The translations under genes and the position numbers were made by a program. A model generated the notes under the pieces. The model made no database searches, had not been told where the DNA came from, and worked only from the letters and a program-made list of their open reading frames with translations. From a bacterium (lineage in GTDB: Bacteria > Hydrothermota > UBA3072 > JAPDKE01): a stretch of DNA of 64,000 nucleotides. This document shows positions 58,726 through 64,000 of this stretch, one piece after another. Where the stretch lies: the NCBI GenBank assembly GCA_029258725.1, contig JAPDKE010000012.1, positions 17,314-81,313 on the forward strand, read 5' to 3'. Within the stretch, counting starts at the first letter, position 1. Each line of letters begins with the position of its first letter.

Positions 58726-58752
58726 ATATAATAAAAATCCAGGATTTGTCAA
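58726..58752 (-). promoter_or_regulatory. TTGACA-N16-TATATT promoter placing transcription start at mature 5S 5' end
   Basis: Hexamers read on minus strand immediately upstream of 5S. Confidence 0.55.
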
Positions 58753-58839
58753 GAGGGGAATTAAATAGTAATGGCTGATTTCCTCACATGGTATCCGGTT
58801 TTTTCTCATTTTTTAACCATCATAAACTTATAATTTTAA

Positions 58840-61095
58840 TCAAAATCTTATTCTCACTCCTGCTTTTGCTTCCAGGGTTGAGTAGTCCGGGGAGAAGGAG
58901 TGGGTATGTTTCAGGTTTCCCGTGAGTTCAAAGTTTTCATACGAAGAACGAAGTTCCAGCCTTGTCTCCCTCAAAACCTGCCTTGAGTCAATAAAGGAGC
59001 GCTTCTCCCTGAACCCCGCATCAGCCCTGAAATACTCAAATCCTGTGAGAGAAAAAGAAATACCCGATAAAAGCCTTCCCACCCTCACCTCTTCAATCTT
59101 TGAAACCCTGGGGTCAATCCCATACTCATATTCATATCCCAGGTCCATCCCCATTGAAAGAAAGGATGTAATCCCGGCAAAAAACCCTCCATCAGCACCC
59201 AGGGTCCTGTAATCATAAGGAACAGAATCAGGCATCTCCTTTTTATAATCCTCAAATCTCAACCTTCCCTTTATCCTTCTCCCCTCCGTGAAAATAAGGG
59301 TAAACCCTGTGTAATACAACCACTTCTCTTCCTCCTCATAAACTGTAACCGTATCCCCTGCCGTATCTTCCTCCGTAGGAAAAAATCTGGGAAATATCCC
59401 CCTCCTTTTCCCCCTTGATATCCCGGACTCGCAACTTATCCCTCCCGATGGAGAAAATCTCAATCTCCAGTTATTTCTTTCCTCTCTATTATCCTGAAGC
59501 AATCTCCCGTTTTCCTCAAGGTAATAAAATCGGTTTCGTTCATCCACATATCCTGTGTTTAAAAATCTCCATGGAGATAGCCCCACCTCGGTAACATTGC
59601 TCCATGAACGCTGGGGTGTAAATCCTTCTTCATTCTTCATCAATCTGAATGAAGGTCTCCAGGCAAGTGTAAGAAAGGAAGGATTGAAGGTAAGATTGAG
59701 AATTCCCGTATGAACCTTAAAAGGAAGACTGTCCCTCCTTCTTGTCTCTATCTCATATCTTCCCTGTGCCCTGAGAAACTTTAATGGTGTAAATCTCACA
59801 TCCCCATGCAATCTGATGGAGGAAAGAATTATGGAAACACCACCTCCAATGGAGAAAATGGAACGTGTAAAATTTCCTGAAATATTCCCCTCCCATTCGT
59901 TTTCCTTCCCCTTCCGATACTCCCCTCCTGCCTGCATGGAAAAAGAAAGCATTCTCAGGCTCAGTTTTCCTCCAACAGTATTAAAAGCAAGTGTGTCCCT
60001 CTCCTCCCTTCCCGCATGAATCTCAAAATTCCGGTATCTTAAATAAACCTTCCTTACCCTTCTTTTCTTACTCCCTGAGTATATCCTGGAGGAGTATCCA
60101 AGGTATTTAACCTCATAACTCCATCCTTTTTCCTCGGTATCCTCCCTTCTTGCATAGTCCCCCGAAAATCTCATCCATTCAAAGGGATTTAAACCTATCC
60201 TTCCCCTTACATTCCTCTCTATGTGCTTTCCTATGTTTGCATAACCAGAATCAGCCCAGGTTATTCCCCCATCCATGGAAACCCAGCCTGCCTTTATTTT
60301 GCCTGTAAGGCTCCATGAGCGATGGAAAAGGGTATCAAGTGAAAGCCTTCCAGAAACCCCTGCCCCTTTATATTCAATACCACCATGAAACTCATGAAAA
60401 CCTCCTTTAACCCGGGAATAACCAAGGGTTAAAATTTTTGTTTTTATCCCTCCATCCACTCCATAAAGAACCCTCCCTTCCCCTTCCTCAAGGTATTCAT
60501 ACTCTATCTCCACCGTCTCCTCAGGCTTTATTATTCTTTTAAAGGTTATTCTCCCCCTTTCATAGTCCATGAGGTAATCCTTCCCCCTCTCCATTAACTC
60601 AAGGGAAAGTCCCTCACCCACCCTTACACGCTCACTCCCGACAATTATTGATGAATGCAATAATTCAAAAGGACCCTGGGTCCCATCCCCGGAAAACCTT
60701 TCAAGTTCATGCTTCCCCCTGAGAATGGAATAGAAGCCCGAGAGGAATAAGATTCTCGGGAATATCTCCCCCTTTATCCCTCTCAATCTTTTACCCACAA
60801 CCAGGTTCCCCATATTCCCTTCAAAATCCCCAAGAAAAGCGCTTCCCCACGACCACCTTCCCGTAACACCAGCCCGCTCCTCCTGTGGCAATCTCCCCTG
60901 GTATATCTCCCCCTCAAGTTCTATCCTGCCATAAAGCGAACCCTTTATTTTCAGGGATAAATGCTCATCACGGTAAAAATAGGGATAAAAGCCGGGAGGT
61001 GAGCCTGAAAGAATACGCCTTAAACTCAGGTTTATCACCTTCTCACCGGAAAGGTCAACCCAGGTGGAGTCGGCAAAAAATAAAAATATCACCAT
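58840..61095 (-). CDS. large outer-membrane beta-barrel protein (751 aa)
   Basis: Hydrophobic N-terminus, long amphipathic beta pattern, C-terminal ...GVRIRF. Confidence 0.6.
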   Translation of the reverse strand: MVIFLFFADSTWVDLSGEKVINLSLRRILSGSPPGFYPYFYRDEHLSLKIKGSLYGRIELEGEIYQGRLPQEERAGVTGRWSWGSAFLGDFEGNMGNLVVGKRLRGIKGEIFPRILFLSGFYSILRGKHELERFSGDGTQGPFELLHSSIIVGSERVRVGEGLSLELMERGKDYLMDYERGRITFKRIIKPEETVEIEYEYLEEGEGRVLYGVDGGIKTKILTLGYSRVKGGFHEFHGGIEYKGAGVSGRLSLDTLFHRSWSLTGKIKAGWVSMDGGITWADSGYANIGKHIERNVRGRIGLNPFEWMRFSGDYARREDTEEKGWSYEVKYLGYSSRIYSGSKKRRVRKVYLRYRNFEIHAGREERDTLAFNTVGGKLSLRMLSFSMQAGGEYRKGKENEWEGNISGNFTRSIFSIGGGVSIILSSIRLHGDVRFTPLKFLRAQGRYEIETRRRDSLPFKVHTGILNLTFNPSFLTLAWRPSFRLMKNEEGFTPQRSWSNVTEVGLSPWRFLNTGYVDERNRFYYLEENGRLLQDNREERNNWRLRFSPSGGISCESGISRGKRRGIFPRFFPTEEDTAGDTVTVYEEEEKWLYYTGFTLIFTEGRRIKGRLRFEDYKKEMPDSVPYDYRTLGADGGFFAGITSFLSMGMDLGYEYEYGIDPRVSKIEEVRVGRLLSGISFSLTGFEYFRADAGFREKRSFIDSRQVLRETRLELRSSYENFELTGNLKHTHSFSPDYSTLEAKAGVRIRF

Positions 61096-61835
61096 GTATA
61101 GACCTCTATTCGGTCATTTTTTATAAGATAAATCCCCTCCTTTCCAGCCCTCACCCTTTCCCAGTACCCTGAAAGAAGTCTTTTTCTTTTACCATCCACA
61201 AGATAAAGACCATCGGGCAAAAGAACATAAAGCCTCTTTCCTGCATCCATGGAAATAGCAGGTAACCGAATGGAATAAAGAAACTCACCCCTGTAATCAA
61301 AAACCTTTATTTTATCTTTATCCTTAACAGCAACCTTATTCCCCCAGGCACATAGAAGAGAGGGATTTTCAAAAAATGCATCCCCTGTCCCGTAGGAACC
61401 AAACGAATAAAGATACTCTCCCTGGGTGGTGAAGACAAGAACAGAGTAAAGAACCCTGTCAAGAACATAAACCCTTCCAAGACCATCAAGGGAAAAGGCC
61501 ACAGGGTCCTCCAGGTTCTCACCAAACTCAAATAAAAACTCACCCTTCAGGGTAAATACCATTATCTTCCTCTTTCCCCTGTCAAGAACATAAATCCTTC
61601 CTCCCTCAACCTCAATGGCAGTCGGAGAGGCAAACTCCCCCTCTCCTATACCAAACTTCCCTGAAAATCCGTAAGGGGTGAGAATTCCATCAGGATAGAG
61701 CACACATCCATCAACAGCATCAACAAATCCCTCAGGTACATCAAGGGTCCCTGAAAAATGAATCTCATGTGGGGTTAAAGGAACACAGAAGGAAAAAAGG
61801 CTACATCCTGATAGTAATGCCAACATTATGGGCAA
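61089..61835 (-). CDS. NHL-repeat (beta-propeller) lipoprotein
   Basis: Lipobox LLSGC; repeated GRIYVLDR / GRVYVLDR...VFT.GE.L..FG blades; overlaps downstream OMP gene. Confidence 0.6.
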   Translation of the reverse strand: MPIMLALLSGCSLFSFCVPLTPHEIHFSGTLDVPEGFVDAVDGCVLYPDGILTPYGFSGKFGIGEGEFASPTAIEVEGGRIYVLDRGKRKIMVFTLKGEFLFEFGENLEDPVAFSLDGLGRVYVLDRVLYSVLVFTTQGEYLYSFGSYGTGDAFFENPSLLCAWGNKVAVKDKDKIKVFDYRGEFLYSIRLPAISMDAGKRLYVLLPDGLYLVDGKRKRLLSGYWERVRAGKEGIYLIKNDRIEVYTW

Positions 61836-62125
61836 GGGGGAGGTCTCCTACCGAGTAAAAGTCATAGTCCACTCCAGCAAACCCCTTTCTCAGCCCAAAA
61901 CCAAGTGAGAAACCATCTCCATATCCAGCCCTTATCGCTATCCCTCCCTTAAACTCACACTCAAAACCAAGAGAAAACCTCAAGCCCTCTTCCCACGTCT
62001 CACCCTGCAAACTTAAAAGAACCCGAGGCTCCCTCAAAGGAATAAAAGAAAGACCAAGAGAATAATAAGGACCAAAACCCTCCTCCTTACCATCACTCCA
62101 GAAAAGCCTGGAATATAACCTGATC
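61801..62125 (-). pseudogene. OMP beta-barrel-like ORF fragment whose reading frame continues into the IS left TIR (probable IS-disrupted gene)
   Basis: Frame open from 62125 down to stop at 61801 (…GKEEGFGPYYSLGLSFIPL…GFSLGFGLRKGFAGVDYDFYS…) with no convincing start before the TIR. Confidence 0.3.
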
Positions 62126-63290
62126 TGAGCGATTTTTGTGGGTAAGGGATTATTGTTCTCTGCTATAATTCAGATATGGGTAAGGGAAAAATAAAAAATC
62201 ACCCGCCGGGTGAACGGCGGGTGAGAGGCTGAGTGCCAGGGGAGGGCTTGCATGGGTCGTGAGGTATATTGAGCAGATAGGGGTATATGAGTTCACCTCA
62301 AAGGGGTTATAGAGGAGCCAGAACTTGTATCCTCTCATACGGTAAAAAGGTTTTTTAGAAAGTTCAACATCTTTCTTCTGAGGAATTTCAGGTTTATTTT
62401 TCACAGGCTTTTTATCTGGAGGTTAAGGGTTGAGAGACCTTCATTTATTGTTCTCGGGGTTGATACCATACCTCTTGACCGCTCAGGCGCTAAGAAAAGG
62501 GAGGGTGTTTCTTATACCTATAAAGGTTTTTATGGGTTTCAGCCTCTTGTGGTTTCCTGGAATGATGCTATTTTCAGGGGAGGGAGCAGGCATTGCAATT
62601 ATGGTGATACTGTCAAGTCCATGATTCATGGGCTTGTGAGGCTTATAAGGAAGTATTATGACCCCAAGGTTTCTGTTCTTGTTCGTATGGATGCTGGCTT
62701 TTTTGACGGGAGCAATTTTGAGTTTTTTGAGAAACTTGGGGTTTACTATGTATGTGGTGGCAGGCTTGATGAGAGGGGTGTAAGGTAAGGATGAACTTTT
62801 TAACAGGGCTATTAAGGATTTTGGGACTGAGCGTATGCCTTCTAAGTCATTTGAGAGTACCCGGGCTTTCTTTTACTTCATGTTGCTTGGTTTCTTTTTA
62901 TGGGAGTGCTTCCGGAGGGATGTTATTGGAGCAAAAAGATACCCGTCTGTTTTAAGGAGACTTTTTATTGATATTCCTGTTAGGATAGTGAGGAAGGGGA
63001 GAAGGATAATTCTCAAGGTTCCGTTTTGGGTATATAAAAGGTTAAATCTTGAGGCACTCTGGAAGAAGGTGCAGAGAAGTCCACCTGTGAGTTTAAATGC
63101 ATAAAAGACCCCCTGCAGGGATAAAACTCCGGAGGAAATTTTCCTTCCAGGGGGAAGATGCGTGCAGTTCAGGGATTTTCCCGGAAAATCCTGAGGAAAA
63201 TCAGGGTAATTTTCACTATTTTTTAATAAAAACTCAACCAGATTCTTTCATCCACCACCCCTCATACACCCCTTCCACAAAAATCGCTCA
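62126..63290 (+). mobile_element. decayed IS-like element (about 1.17 kb) with 16-bp TIRs TGAGCGATTTTTGTGG
   Basis: Left TIR 62126-62141, right TIR (reverse complement) 63275-63290; internal transposase frames broken. Confidence 0.7.
62430..63104 (+). pseudogene. DDE transposase remnants (IS4/IS1380-superfamily-like) split over three frames
   Basis: VLVRMDAGFFDGSNFEFFEKLGVYYVCGGRL and C-terminal VLRRLFIDIPVRIVRKGRRIILKVP resemble IS4-type DDE transposase segments. Confidence 0.55.
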
Positions 63291-63305
63291 ATTTAGGGTA
63301 CCTCT

Positions 63306-63998
63306 TCATTTTTCACCTCCTTCTATTATATCTTTAAGATGCCATTTATTGGTACCGTCTTTTTTACATACAAAATAGCCTTGAGCATCCTCCCCTATAT
63401 AGTAGTTCCCATCTATTGAAACATGAACTATACACATGCTGACGCTATCTAACTTTCCTGAATATATATTAATTCTCGCATAACCTCCACTGTGTAAACC
63501 CACAAAGATTTCTCCCGTTCCTATTCCTCCCCAATCATAAAAATAGGTTTTGGGATAACATCCTATAGAATCTCCGGTTAAAGTAATTATATAAGTCGAA
63601 TAACCGGATAAATACGCAATCAAATTATTATCCGGGCTCCATGCAGGGTGTTTTGCATCAGGGTCAGGAACTATGCAGTGATTATTACTCCCATCCCTGT
63701 CCATCACCCATATCCCGGAATCTGGTTTTTCATAAACTATCTGAGAAGCATCAGGTGAAAAATCAGGATTTATACCCGAACCAACCTTTTGAAGCCCTGT
63801 CCCATCTCGCCTGATTACCCATATCCCTCCCTTAAAACACTCTCCAGTAATCTCATCTATTTCTAAAGGAATACCCACAACTACCCAATCCTGAGCAGAT
63901 GAAAGCGATAAACCAAAAGAATAATAATCCTTCTCAGGAACATCATACACAACCCCGAGGGACTCCATACCACTCCCATCAGCATTACACTGCATCAA
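63306..63998 (-). CDS. WD40-like beta-propeller (TolB/PD40-repeat) protein, 5' end off window
   Basis: Repeats DFSPDASQIVY / AWSPDNNLIAY; ORF reaches window edge. Confidence 0.55.
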   Translation of the reverse strand: MMQCNADGSGMESLGVVYDVPEKDYYSFGLSLSSAQDWVVVGIPLEIDEITGECFKGGIWVIRRDGTGLQKVGSGINPDFSPDASQIVYEKPDSGIWVMDRDGSNNHCIVPDPDAKHPAWSPDNNLIAYLSGYSTYIITLTGDSIGCYPKTYFYDWGGIGTGEIFVGLHSGGYARINIYSGKLDSVSMCIVHVSIDGNYYIGEDAQGYFVCKKDGTNKWHLKDIIEGGEK

Positions 63999-64000
63999 AA

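Noticed and set aside
58576-58809. 77-aa minus ORF
   Set aside because: Overlaps the 5S rRNA gene; the rRNA call explains the region.
1-64000. CRISPR arrays / defense islands
   Set aside because: No regularly spaced direct repeats and no nuclease/helicase/cas-like ORFs were seen anywhere in the window.

Overview
This is a chromosomal segment from a bacterium that appears thermophilic and Gram-negative-type. The inference rests on charged-residue-rich proteins, AGG/AGA/GAG/AAG-biased codons, and several beta-barrel outer-membrane proteins ending in Phe. Coding density is high, with many 4-25 nt gene overlaps.

The core of the window is a complete division/cell-wall (dcw) cluster on the minus strand (12.0-27.2 kb): mraZ-rsmH-ftsL-ftsI-murE-murF-mraY-murD-ftsW-murG-murC-murB-ftsQ(short)-ftsA-ftsZ. 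Upstream of mraZ sits a textbook sigma70 promoter followed by three GTGG(G/T) direct repeats at 10-bp spacing, which match the MraZ operator. A WbpD/WbpE/WbpB-like UDP-diacetamido-sugar cluster (plus Zn-ADH and GT2) converges on ftsZ.

The left part carries a DUF2723 (GT-C-like)-TPR membrane protein, a lipoprotein, a MoxR AAA+ ATPase, a tRNA nucleotidyltransferase, and prfB with its programmed +1 frameshift (CTT TGA G).

The middle carries a trehalose locus: an OtsA-OtsB fusion overlapping treT, convergent with a MalEFGK-like sugar ABC transporter whose codon usage is visibly different from the rest of the window. It also carries ribH-nusB, two near-identical tRNA-Pro genes (CGG and GGG) bracketing pcm-surE-GT2-acyltransferase, and a tightly coupled purD-methyltransferase-PII-lipoprotein-DUF1858-gltX-TPR operon.

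The right part carries cspA and an operon of unknowns that includes a 936-aa double-TM coiled-coil protein. It then has an nrdD-nrdG locus with tandem NrdR boxes, in which the glycyl-radical motif of NrdD is encoded as a separate 55-aa ORF. An unlinked 5S rRNA gene with its own promoter sits between OMP genes. At the right end, a decayed IS-like element with 16-bp terminal inverted repeats (TIRs) has a second solo left-end copy located upstream of the mraZ promoter.

No CRISPR array was seen.
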